64,000 nucleotides of DNA from an uncultured Christensenellaceae bacterium (GTDB taxonomy: Bacteria; Bacillota; Clostridia; Christensenellales; UBA3700): assembly GCA_944383895.1 (NCBI GenBank), contig CALWRH010000001.1, positions 121,199 through 185,198 on the forward strand, in the 5' to 3' direction. This document shows, in pieces, positions 25,165 to 33,775 of the stretch (position 1 is its first letter; each line of letters opens with the position of its first letter). The notes beneath the pieces are model-generated. The model was not told the DNA's origin and made no database searches. It worked only from the letters and a program-made list of their open reading frames with translations. A program made the translations under genes and the position numbers.

Positions 25165-25904
25165 AGTTTCATATCCTTTACCGCATCGAAAAGCGCGCGA
25201 TCGTTGAAATTAAGTCTGACGGGCGACACGGTAGCATAACCTTGCTCTGTCAGAACGACGTCGGTGTCTTCGTCGTTGCCGTCCGCAGCAACGGGATAAC
25301 CCGTGATAAAATATCCTTTGCCGTCGACGTACTGATATTCGTCGTGATATTTTCTGTCACCCGTAGTTGCAAATCTTATCCCTTTGAGCGCGGGCGGAAC
25401 GCAAGGGAAATTGATATTGAATATTGTGTTTTTATCCGTAGGCAACAGACCTATGAGAAATTCGAGATTCTTAGCGACAAAATCGGCAACGTAGGTATAG
25501 TCGTTGTCCTTGCAGTCGTATGACACCGCTATGCCGTAAACTTCGTGCATGCACGCCTCGAACGCGGCGTTTACCGTGCCCGAATACGCAATGTCCGTGC
25601 CTATATTGCAGGTATTGTTTATACCGCTTATCACGACGTCGGGTTTGTCCCCTTTGAGTATCGTATCGATACCGAATTTTGTGCAATCGGCAGGAGTTCC
25701 GCTCAGAATATAGCTTTCGTAATTCTCGGAAATAGCCATCTGCATATAGTTGAGCGCGTTGTGAAAAGTAAGACTCCTGCTGCTGCCGCTCCTTTCCGTG
25801 TCGGGAGCGATGATCGTCACGCTGTGATCTTCAGAAAGTCTGTCGGCTAGCTGTAACAATCCTTTTGCATAAAGTCCGTCGTCATTTACAAGTAAAATTT
25901 TCAT
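25161..25904 (-). CDS. surE: 5'/3'-nucleotidase SurE
   Basis: 247 aa. MKILLVNDDG...SG.NNT.N.G......SGTV.AA are SurE hallmarks. Confidence 0.93.
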   Translation of the reverse strand: MKILLVNDDGLYAKGLLQLADRLSEDHSVTIIAPDTERSGSSRSLTFHNALNYMQMAISENYESYILSGTPADCTKFGIDTILKGDKPDVVISGINNTCNIGTDIAYSGTVNAAFEACMHEVYGIAVSYDCKDNDYTYVADFVAKNLEFLIGLLPTDKNTIFNINFPCVPPALKGIRFATTGDRKYHDEYQYVDGKGYFITGYPVAADGNDEDTDVVLTEQGYATVSPVRLNFNDRALFDAVKDMKL

Positions 25905-25963
25905 AACTCTATATTACACGAAAGAACGTCTTTTGTAAACAGATTAATCCTTTTAGCGAGCAT

Positions 25964-25989
25964 AAAAAAACCACGCCTCTCGACGTGGT
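25964..25989 (-). terminator. rho-independent terminator of the decarboxylase operon
   Basis: Minus strand: ACCACG-(8-nt loop)-CGTGGT followed by T7, about 18 nt after the stop at 26007. Confidence 0.75.
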
Positions 25990-26006
25990 TTTGATCTTAT
26001 TTTTTA

Positions 26007-27398
26007 TCAGACGGGCTGGATACCGTTTACGGTATCGCCTACTTCGCTGTCGACCTTGTATTTGTTTGCCTGACGGTACTTGAAGTAGTTGACGGCAACC
26101 TGCGGGAACAGTGCGTAGGACAATACGTCTTCTTCCTGCTCGATATATTCCTTGATCTCGTCGCGGTACTTTGCAAGCTCAGGCTTGATAAGGTCTGCGG
26201 GACGGCAAGTGATCGGCTTTTCGTCGCCGAGGACCTTCTTGACGACCTCGGGATCGGGGCTTGCAGGCAGTCTGCCGTATTTGCCTCTGAGTACGTCTTT
26301 GGTTTCTGCGGATACCATCTTGTATCTCTCTCCGCTTATAACGTTGAACACTGCCTGAGTGCCGACTATCTGGCTGGTAGGAGTAACGAGCGGCGGATAA
26401 CCGAGATCCTTTCTTACGTTAGGAACTTCTGCGAGAACTTCGTCGTATCTGTCCATTGCGCCGAGTTTCTTGAGCTGACCAACAAGGTTGGAAAGCATGC
26501 CGCCCGGAACCTGGTAAATAAGAGCACGGACGTCGGTCTTGAGAGACTTTTCAGTCAGCCAGCCGTCTTTCTTAAGTCTGTCAGCAACTTTGTCGAAGTA
26601 AGAAGAAAGCTCGTTGAGAGTCTTGAGATCGAGACCCGTGTCGTACTGAGTACCCTGAAGTACTGCAACCATAGGTTCGGTAGCAGGCTGAGAAGTACCG
26701 TTGCCCATTGCGGAAAGCGCGCAGTCGATAATGTCAACGCCTGCCTCGATAGCCTTGAGGTAGGTCAGATTGCCCGTACCCGAAGTCTGGTGAGTATGCA
26801 GATGGATAGGAACTTTTACGACTTTCTTTATGCCTTTAACGAGTTCGTATGCGGTGTACGGCAGCAAAATGCCTGCCATATCCTTGATACAGATAACGTC
26901 AGCGCCCATTTTTTCAAGCTCCTGAGCAAGCTTGATAAAATACTCGTTGGTGTGAACGGGGCTGGTCGTGTAAGAGATCGTAGCCTCGCAGATACCGCCG
27001 TACTTCTTGCAGCTGTCCATAGCCTGTTTCATATTTCTCGTATCGTTGAGCGCGTCGAAAATTCTGATAATGTCGATACCGTTCTTGATAGACATCTTTA
27101 CGAATTCGTCGACAACGTCGTCTGCATAGTGCTTGTAACCGAGAATATTCTGTCCGCGCAGGAGCATCTGCAGCTTGGTGTTGGGCATAGCCTTCTTGAG
27201 CTGACGGAGTCTTTCCCACGGATCCTCGTTGAGGAATCTGAGGCAGGAGTCGAACGTTGCACCGCCCCAGCACTCTATAGAATAATATCCGACTTTGTCC
27301 AGTTTGGACGCGACGGGAAGCATCTCGTCCAGGCGCATACGGGTCGCAGCCTGCGACTGATGCGCATCTCTGAGTATAGTTTCTGTAATTTTAACCAT
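26007..27398 (-). CDS. oxaloacetate decarboxylase alpha / transcarboxylase 5S-type carboxyltransferase subunit (no biotinyl domain)
   Basis: 463 aa. ITETILRDAHQS...ECWGGATFD...LLRGQN..GY is the pyruvate-carboxyltransferase TIM barrel. The protein ends without an EAMKM biotin domain. Confidence 0.88.
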   Translation of the reverse strand: MVKITETILRDAHQSQAATRMRLDEMLPVASKLDKVGYYSIECWGGATFDSCLRFLNEDPWERLRQLKKAMPNTKLQMLLRGQNILGYKHYADDVVDEFVKMSIKNGIDIIRIFDALNDTRNMKQAMDSCKKYGGICEATISYTTSPVHTNEYFIKLAQELEKMGADVICIKDMAGILLPYTAYELVKGIKKVVKVPIHLHTHQTSGTGNLTYLKAIEAGVDIIDCALSAMGNGTSQPATEPMVAVLQGTQYDTGLDLKTLNELSSYFDKVADRLKKDGWLTEKSLKTDVRALIYQVPGGMLSNLVGQLKKLGAMDRYDEVLAEVPNVRKDLGYPPLVTPTSQIVGTQAVFNVISGERYKMVSAETKDVLRGKYGRLPASPDPEVVKKVLGDEKPITCRPADLIKPELAKYRDEIKEYIEQEEDVLSYALFPQVAVNYFKYRQANKYKVDSEVGDTVNGIQPV

Positions 27399-27422
27399 AT
27401 ATTTATACCTCGTGATTCAATC

Positions 27423-28943
27423 TTATTTGCCGAAGAGAGCAAGCAGAACGCCTGCCGCAACGGCACTGCCGATGACGCCTGCGACGTTAGGTCCCATAGC
27501 GTGCATGAGCAGATAGTTTCTCGGATTTTCTTCCTGGCCTACGTTGTGAGAAATTCTCGCCGCCATAGGAACTGCGGAAACGCCTGCCGAACCAATGAGC
27601 GGGTTGACCTTTCCTTTGGTGACCCAGTACATGACCTTGCCGAGCAGCAAGCCGCCTACAGTACCGCCTGCGAACGCGAATACACCGATAACGATGATCT
27701 TGAGCGTCTGAACCGTGATAAATACGTCGGCAGTAGCCTTTGTACCTACGAGCACGCCGAGAAGTATCGTAATGATGTTGATGAGCTCGTTCTTGGACGT
27801 ATTGGTAAGTCTGGGAACGACGTCGGATTCCTTGAACAGGTTACCGAGCATCAGCATACCGAGGAGCGGAACAGCACTCGGAAGAATTACGCCTACGACG
27901 AGAGTAACGACTATCGGGAATACGACTTTTTCCGTCTTGGAAACAGGTCTGAGCTGTTCCATTACGACAGATCTTTCCTTCTTGGTCGTCATGAGTTTCA
28001 TGATAGGCGGCTGAATTATCTTGATGAGCGCCATATACGAATATGCAGCGACCGCGATTGACGGGAGCAAGTGAGCCGCGAGCTTGGTGGTAACGTAGAT
28101 AGCCGTAGGACCGTCTGCACCGCCGATAATAGCGATAGCGGACGCCTCTTCACCCGTAAATCCGATATTGATCGCAATTATGAAGGTAAGGAAGATACCC
28201 AGCTGCGCCGCAGCGCCGAGGATAAGGCTCTTGGGGTTTGCGATAAGCGGACCGAAGTCTGTCATCGCGCCTATGCCGAGGAATATGAGCGGCGGATAAA
28301 TGACCCACTCTACGCCTTTATACAGATAGTAGAATATACCCTGATCTGCAACGACTTCGTGCGATACGCTGATCGCCATGCCCTCAGGCAATACGCCTTT
28401 GACCGCATTGGTTACAGCGTCGATCTTCTCAAGCATGCTCATACCCGTCAGAGAATCCGTCATGCCGAACATTTTAGCAAGTTCGGTTACGGTACCCGAA
28501 ATAGGCGATGCGTAAGCATACTGATAAGTCTCTGCAAGCTTGGACGTAATCGCCTCGAGCTGCTGAGTCGTCGTCATGCCGTCCGCAAAGACGACGCCGA
28601 GCTGCTGAGCGAGCTGCGTGAGCGTGCCTGCATATACCTCTTCTCCTGTGTTGAAGAATAAATACAGTTGATCTCCGCCTGACGTAAAGTTGTATCCCAG
28701 AGTACCGTACAGTACGTTGTAGGTACCGGGTATGTTGATTATGAACATACCGAAACCGATGGCAAGAAGCAGGTTGGGCTCAAACTCCTTATACACCGCG
28801 AGGTAGATCAGAACGCACGCGATAGCAAGCATGATCAGATTCTGCCACAGCGGAGTGAGCGAAGTCATGAAACCCGTGCTCATCCAAAGGTTTTTAAGGG
28901 AATCTACAAGGTCAAGCGACAGAATTGTAGATGAAAACGCCAT
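27423..28943 (-). CDS. sodium ion-translocating decarboxylase beta subunit (OadB/GcdB/MmdB family)
   Basis: 506-aa polytopic protein with GIGAMTDFGPL, IIGGADGPTAIY, AAYSYMAL, NPLIGSAGVSAVPMAAR and MHAMGPNVAGVIGSA, the conserved beta-subunit blocks. Confidence 0.92.
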   Translation of the reverse strand: MAFSSTILSLDLVDSLKNLWMSTGFMTSLTPLWQNLIMLAIACVLIYLAVYKEFEPNLLLAIGFGMFIINIPGTYNVLYGTLGYNFTSGGDQLYLFFNTGEEVYAGTLTQLAQQLGVVFADGMTTTQQLEAITSKLAETYQYAYASPISGTVTELAKMFGMTDSLTGMSMLEKIDAVTNAVKGVLPEGMAISVSHEVVADQGIFYYLYKGVEWVIYPPLIFLGIGAMTDFGPLIANPKSLILGAAAQLGIFLTFIIAINIGFTGEEASAIAIIGGADGPTAIYVTTKLAAHLLPSIAVAAYSYMALIKIIQPPIMKLMTTKKERSVVMEQLRPVSKTEKVVFPIVVTLVVGVILPSAVPLLGMLMLGNLFKESDVVPRLTNTSKNELINIITILLGVLVGTKATADVFITVQTLKIIVIGVFAFAGGTVGGLLLGKVMYWVTKGKVNPLIGSAGVSAVPMAARISHNVGQEENPRNYLLMHAMGPNVAGVIGSAVAAGVLLALFGK

Positions 28944-28958
28944 TGTTTTGCCTCCGTA

Positions 28959-29342
28959 TTACGCTATAGTGCAAAGTACCGCGCCGGTATCGATGTTAGC
29001 GCCTTCGCTGACGGAATAAGTGATAACGCCGTCTTTGGTAGCGACGATCGGGGTGTCCATCTTCATAGCCTCGAGGATAACGATCGTATCGTTCTGCTTT
29101 ACGGTTGCGCCGTTTGCAAAACAGAGTTTCTTTACAAGACCGGGCATCTGGCTCTTTACGGGTTCGCCCTTTCCTGCTGCCGCGGGAGCCGGAGCTGCGG
29201 GTGCAGCTGCGGGAGCTGCAGCTACGGGAGCCGCTACTGCTGCGGGTGCAGCTACGGGAGCAACAACTGCTCCTGCCTCGCCTACTTCTTCGATTTCTAC
29301 GGCATAAGCCTTGCCGTTTACTGTTACATTGAATTTACGCAT
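28959..29342 (-). CDS. biotin carboxyl carrier subunit (BCCP; GcdC/MmdC/1.3S-like)
   Basis: 127 aa with an Ala/Pro-rich linker and the biotinylation motif LEAMKM. Confidence 0.9.
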   Translation of the reverse strand: MRKFNVTVNGKAYAVEIEEVGEAGAVVAPVAAPAAVAAPVAAAPAAAPAAPAPAAAGKGEPVKSQMPGLVKKLCFANGATVKQNDTIVILEAMKMDTPIVATKDGVITYSVSEGANIDTGAVLCTIA

Positions 29343-29360
29343 ATTTTTATCCTCTCTCGA

Positions 29361-29807
29361 TTATTTAATTTCTCTGATGGAGCGGACCCTGAACGGGAGA
29401 TCGCTCATTTCGACAGCCTGAGCGCCGTAGTACGCCGCTATCGCTGCCGTAATTGCCGCAACAACTTCTTCTTCGTCAGAACACTCTATTGCCTGAACAG
29501 GAGCGGGAATTTCCTTTACCTCTTCGACGACAGGTATCTCGTTAGCCTTTTTAGCCGCCAGCATCGCGGGCAGATGTTGCAGATATGCAACCGCCTTGAT
29601 GATAAGGATAAGCAGAATAAGGACAATGAATACCATGCCAAGACCCATGACGAAGACAAGCAGACCCGTAACAAGACGCTCGCCGAAATTCATGTCTCCA
29701 ATGCCGAGCAAGTCGGGGCTGCCCTCGACTTTGCATGCAGTCAGCGCGGAAACCATTATCATGGCAAGCACTATTATCACGGATATCAAAGCCAATCTTT
29801 TCTTCAT
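29361..29807 (-). CDS. OadG-family small membrane subunit of Na+-decarboxylase (with lipoprotein-type N-terminus)
   Basis: 148 aa with a TM helix GLGMVFIVLILL, an acidic stretch plus VVAAITAAIAAYY (the OadG pattern), and an N-terminal ...SALTAC lipobox-like signal. Confidence 0.7.
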   Translation of the reverse strand: MKKRLALISVIIVLAMIMVSALTACKVEGSPDLLGIGDMNFGERLVTGLLVFVMGLGMVFIVLILLILIIKAVAYLQHLPAMLAAKKANEIPVVEEVKEIPAPVQAIECSDEEEVVAAITAAIAAYYGAQAVEMSDLPFRVRSIREIK

Positions 29808-29817
29808 ACCGCTCTCC

Positions 29818-31224
29818 TCAGATACCGAGCAACATCATAAGCGCGGACGCGATGTACGGACGGAGATTCTTCGCTTCGACTACGTTGTCGATATAACCTT
29901 CCTGTGCGCCGAGCATCGGATTTGCCTGGATCTTTGCATATTCTTCGGCAAGTTTAGCTCTCGTAGCCTCGGGATCCTTAGCTTTGCCGAGCTGTTCGCT
30001 CATAAGAGCGTTGACTGCCGCATCGTTGTTGATCGGAGATATCTCCGCGTTCTGCGTAGCGAGCGTATAGTCAAAACCTATGTTCTTGCTCATCAGCACG
30101 CTGTAACCGAAACCGATCGCCTTGCCGCAAGCAACGCCTATCTTGTCGATAGAGCTGTTTGCTATGGTAGCAACGAGATCTGCGGTAACTTTTGCAGCGC
30201 CTGCGAGTTCCTGCTCGAGAGTCGGATTTACGCCGAGCGTATCTACGAGCGTTACGAGCGGAATATCGAAACCGTCGAGTTTCTCAACGAAAGAAGTCAG
30301 CTTTTCTACGCCTGCGAGAGTCATGTATCCGTCGCCGACCTTGCTGTCGGTAGCCGCGATACCTACGCTTATGCCGTTGATTTTAGCAAGAGCGCAAACG
30401 ACTTCGGGAGCGTATTCTCCGCAATACTCGACATAATCGCCGCCGTCTACGACAGCTTTGACTTTTGCAACTGCGGAACACTCTTTGTTGAGAGCCGCGC
30501 TGACGCGGTTGGGATCGTCGGAAGACTCTTCTTCTTCGGCTGCGAGAAGGATACCCGTAAGCTTTACGAGCTGTTTCTTGAGATCAGCCTCGTTTTTGTA
30601 AACGAACTGAGCAAGATCGCTGCCTTTCTTGTGAGCCTTGTAGCCGATCATATCCGCAAACTTGGGATAATCTTTCTCTTTGGACGCGAGATACATCGGC
30701 GAGTTGACCGACATGATCGCGCTTTCCGACATGAATACGAAATCCGCAAGAGCCGCAAACGATGCCATCATGCCGACTGCATTGCCTTTGACAATACAAA
30801 AATGAGGTACCTGTCCGCTTACGATAGCCGCTTCGGAAAGCACCTTCGCAAAGCCTTCAAGTACGCTCACGCCTTCACCCACTCTTGCGCCCGCACAGTC
30901 GATAACGGAAATCAAAGGGGTACCTGTTTTTACGGCTCTCTGCATGCATCTGACGATTTTGTCTGCATGAGCTTTGCCGAGACTTCCCTTCAGAACTTCC
31001 GCATTTTGTGCGAAAACGTGGAACGGGCTTCCGTTTACGGTAGCGTAACCGGTAACAACGCCTTCGCCGAGAGCGCTTGCAGCGTCGTCAAAACCCTTGC
31101 CGGTAACGAATACGTCGGTTTCGACAAAACTGCCTTTGTCGACGATGCCGTCAAGGAAATCTTTGACTTTTGAGCAAGCTTTTTCGATCGCTTTGGCGCT
31201 GACCGTAAGATTGCTGTTCTCCAT
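29818..31224 (-). CDS. acyl-CoA carboxyltransferase-family subunit (MmdA/GcdA/12S-like), divergent
   Basis: 468 aa with a two-domain crotonase-like carboxyltransferase (VVTGYATVNG...VIDCAGARVGEG; ...GISVGIAA...). It is the first gene of the operon. The substrate cannot be inferred by eye. Confidence 0.8.
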   Translation of the reverse strand: MENSNLTVSAKAIEKACSKVKDFLDGIVDKGSFVETDVFVTGKGFDDAASALGEGVVTGYATVNGSPFHVFAQNAEVLKGSLGKAHADKIVRCMQRAVKTGTPLISVIDCAGARVGEGVSVLEGFAKVLSEAAIVSGQVPHFCIVKGNAVGMMASFAALADFVFMSESAIMSVNSPMYLASKEKDYPKFADMIGYKAHKKGSDLAQFVYKNEADLKKQLVKLTGILLAAEEEESSDDPNRVSAALNKECSAVAKVKAVVDGGDYVEYCGEYAPEVVCALAKINGISVGIAATDSKVGDGYMTLAGVEKLTSFVEKLDGFDIPLVTLVDTLGVNPTLEQELAGAAKVTADLVATIANSSIDKIGVACGKAIGFGYSVLMSKNIGFDYTLATQNAEISPINNDAAVNALMSEQLGKAKDPEATRAKLAEEYAKIQANPMLGAQEGYIDNVVEAKNLRPYIASALMMLLGI

Positions 31225-31285
31225 ATTAAACCCTCCAGAATATATAAAGTTTTAATTATCTTGAGAATAATTTACACCATTACAC

Positions 31286-31314
31286 ATTATAAATATTTAT
31301 ACCCCAAAAATCAA
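31286..31314 (-). promoter_or_regulatory. candidate sigma-A promoter of the decarboxylase operon (TTGATT-17-TATAAT)
   Basis: The hexamers are read on the minus strand about 60 nt upstream of the ATG at 31224. Confidence 0.5.
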
Positions 31315-31520
31315 CTAAATTTCATTGAAAAATACCTGCAAATGACAATTTTTTAACATTACTGTTTTGTAATTATTTTTATGATTTTAGTGTTCGGTTA
31401 TATGGATAAAATATATCTACATATGTGTATTTTGCATTACTCTGCCGCCGGATATAACGATGAAAATACTCATTGCAGCTTATGTTTCGCAAGATTTTAT
31501 TGCTGATAAACAATCGGTTA

Positions 31521-31549
31521 TTGACTTTAGCCTGACACTATTATATAAT
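31521..31549 (+). promoter_or_regulatory. near-consensus sigma-A promoter (TTGACT-17-TATAAT) for the lipoprotein gene
   Basis: It is followed by SD GGGGGA (31565-31570) and the ATG at 31577. This argues against the ORF-track start at 31460. Confidence 0.6.
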
Positions 31550-31576
31550 ATTGATATAAATACGGGGGATCATAAA

Positions 31577-32971
31577 ATGAAAAAACTCTTTTTTATAACC
31601 TTTGCAGTAATAATGACGATCGCTATCGCTGCCATTTCTCTTACGGCGTGCGACGTTTCAGGAAAAGGCGGCGGCAGCAATAAAAACGGAGATTCTACCT
31701 ACACTTACGATTTTACGGTTGATAATATCGACTACTCTCTCCGTTATACCGATGACTCGAGTTACAGCAAGCTCAAACTGTACAAGAACGGCGAAGAGCT
31801 TGTGGATTACGCAATATACGAGCCTTCCCTTTCAAGCTCTTCATTGAGCTTAATGCTGTACGACGACATCCTCGAAGTTTCAAGACCGATTATTTTTTCT
31901 GTTAAAGGAAATAAACTTACTCCTGAAAATATTCAGTGTGTAAACAATTTTATCGTCGGTTACGATTATTATGCCGGCAGTTACTCCGATGACGATATAT
32001 CTCTGACGATAGACGATAACGGCAACGGTACTCTTATTTTGGAAGGAACCACATACGATAATGTCGCTTGCTATCCCTATGCAGGCAACGGCATCCTCGT
32101 AAAGACCGATCCGACAAAGTCCGCTTATCTGTATTTCATGACCGATAAAACAGACAGAAGTATTAATATGTACGGATACTTTACCGACGATTCGACGCCC
32201 ACCCTGGTAATGGGCAGACCTCTCCCAAGAACAATAGACGGCAATTCTCTTCACTATTTCGTCAAATACGGATTGATGTGCCTTGAGGATCAGGGCGACA
32301 AAGCTCTGTTTATCAACAATAACGAAGACGGCATGCCCGTTTATTACAGCGGCACAATGCAGAGTACAAGCAACGGAAGCCTGACTAATTACACTTTCAC
32401 GTATTACGACGGCAAATCCGAAAATCAATCAGAATTACTGCTGTCAAGCTCGATTTCTTCCGGACTTGACGTAAAACACACCGCTTACGAACGTGACGAC
32501 AACAAATGCGTTATGTATTACGACGACTACACTGCGATCGTATATGACGGCATCTTTTACGGCGGAAAACTTTTCGACAATAGCGAGGACGAATCATCGA
32601 GATACTGCTCTGTATATAATGAAACTTACGACGAATATATAATCTTTGCGGATACAAATTATTTCTTCGGCGTGACCATGAAGATTAAAGCTGAAAATTA
32701 CAGCGGTATCACCAATATGATGGTTGCGTTAAACGATTACGAGTATGCGTATATGTATGATAAGATAATGCTTAATCTCGAAGAAGGATACGCATATTTA
32801 TCGCAATCTGACGGCTATGGCGTAAAATATAATTTTACCGTATCTGAAAAGAATCCGAAAGTCCTGATTTTCGATCTGACGGATTACGGCTCGAAATTGT
32901 ATCTCGAATTTACGGATTACAGTTATAAACACTTCGTTACCGTCGACAGCGAAAGCGGATCTATGGCATAA
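31577..32971 (+). CDS. orphan lipoprotein, Tyr/Asp/Asn-rich (464 aa)
   Basis: It has a signal peptide plus lipobox (MKKLFFITFAVIMTIAIAAISLTAC). No domain is recognisable to me. GC is lower than in the flanks, and this is one of the few plus-strand genes. Confidence 0.7.
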   Translation: MKKLFFITFAVIMTIAIAAISLTACDVSGKGGGSNKNGDSTYTYDFTVDNIDYSLRYTDDSSYSKLKLYKNGEELVDYAIYEPSLSSSSLSLMLYDDILEVSRPIIFSVKGNKLTPENIQCVNNFIVGYDYYAGSYSDDDISLTIDDNGNGTLILEGTTYDNVACYPYAGNGILVKTDPTKSAYLYFMTDKTDRSINMYGYFTDDSTPTLVMGRPLPRTIDGNSLHYFVKYGLMCLEDQGDKALFINNNEDGMPVYYSGTMQSTSNGSLTNYTFTYYDGKSENQSELLLSSSISSGLDVKHTAYERDDNKCVMYYDDYTAIVYDGIFYGGKLFDNSEDESSRYCSVYNETYDEYIIFADTNYFFGVTMKIKAENYSGITNMMVALNDYEYAYMYDKIMLNLEEGYAYLSQSDGYGVKYNFTVSEKNPKVLIFDLTDYGSKLYLEFTDYSYKHFVTVDSESGSMA

Positions 32972-33006
32972 ATTATCCACACTACATTAATTCGCGTATA
33001 ATCGAA

Positions 33007-33034
33007 ATACCCGCTCGATCGAGCGGGTATTTTT
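33007..33034 (+). terminator. rho-independent terminator (ATACCCGCTC-GATC-GAGCGGGTAT-TTTT)
   Basis: A perfect palindrome lies 36 nt after the lipoprotein stop, between convergent genes. Confidence 0.8.
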
Positions 33035-33061
33035 GACCTTTACCTTTAGATATTTTAACGT

Positions 33062-33775
33062 TTACAGACTCTTCAGATAAGCGATCTCTTCGTCGGAGAG
33101 ATATCTGTACGCGCCTCTCGCAAGTCCGCCGAGTTTCAGATCGCCCACCGCGATGCGCTTAAGAAAGATAACTTCTCTTTCGACCGCCTCGAACATCTTG
33201 CGGATCTGACGGTTTCTGCCTTCGGTTATGGTTACCTTAAGGCGCGAGATGCCGTCCTTGTATTCAATAAGCTTTACTCGGCTTCTGTTGGTTTTTTCTC
33301 CGTCGACGATAACGCCTTTTCTGAGCTGAGCAAGTTTGTGCTCCGGCATTTCTCCGTTTACTTTGACGAGATATGTCTTTTCCACTTCGTGGCTCGGGTG
33401 CGTAAGACTGTACGTCAGATCACCGTCGTTAGTCAGTATAAGCAATCCTTCGGTATCGTAGTCTAGTCTGCCGACAGGCACGAGATGAGGTATATTTACG
33501 TCGGTAAGATAATCAAAAACGGTTTTTCTTCCTTTATCGTCGCTGACAGTTGTAATACAGCCCTTCGGCTTATAAAGCATGATATAACTGTATTCAGCTA
33601 CGGGCTTGACTTTCTGTCCGTCGACCGCAACGCTGTCGTTGGCGGGATTTACGGACTTGCCGAGTTCGGTAACCACCTTGCCGTTTACCTTGACTCTGCC
33701 TTCTTCTATAAGCTTATCCGCACCGCGGCGCGACGCCACTCCGCACGACGCCAAATATTTGTTCAATCTCTCCAT
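33062..33775 (-). CDS. rluB: pseudouridine synthase, RsuA/RluB family (S4 domain plus catalytic domain)
   Basis: 237 aa with an S4 domain (MERLNKYLASCGVASRR..D.LI..GRV.VNG) and the catalytic GRLDYDTEGLL. Confidence 0.9.
   Translation of the reverse strand: MERLNKYLASCGVASRRGADKLIEEGRVKVNGKVVTELGKSVNPANDSVAVDGQKVKPVAEYSYIMLYKPKGCITTVSDDKGRKTVFDYLTDVNIPHLVPVGRLDYDTEGLLILTNDGDLTYSLTHPSHEVEKTYLVKVNGEMPEHKLAQLRKGVIVDGEKTNRSRVKLIEYKDGISRLKVTITEGRNRQIRKMFEAVEREVIFLKRIAVGDLKLGGLARGAYRYLSDEEIAYLKSL

Noticed and set aside
28329-28721. ~130-aa insertion in the Na+-decarboxylase beta subunit (506 aa versus about 375-435 aa for homologs I remember)
   Set aside because: The loop between the second TM segment and the GIGAMTDFGPL block is known to vary in length among OadB/GcdB/MmdB proteins. 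Klebsiella OadB also has an insertion there. I treat this as lineage variation, not a new domain.
29170-29290. GC-rich short periodicity (GCTGC/GGAGC repeats) on the DNA
   Set aside because: It encodes the Ala/Pro-rich flexible linker of the BCCP subunit (APAAVAAPVAAAPAAAPAAPAPAAAG), which is a normal feature of biotin carriers.
26790-31173. Plus-strand ORFs 26790..28061 (423 aa) and 29596..31173 (525 aa) antisense to the decarboxylase operon
   Set aside because: They are shadow ORFs of well-supported minus-strand genes, with odd composition and no SD or promoter context.
31460-31576. N-terminal extensions offered by the ORF track (31460, and also 10201, 12593, 17154, 45391, 52091, 58836, 58872)
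   Set aside because: In each case an internal ATG has a proper SD, matches the conserved N-terminus or signal peptide of the family, or is translationally coupled to the upstream stop. The longer version would overlap a promoter, terminator or neighbouring gene.
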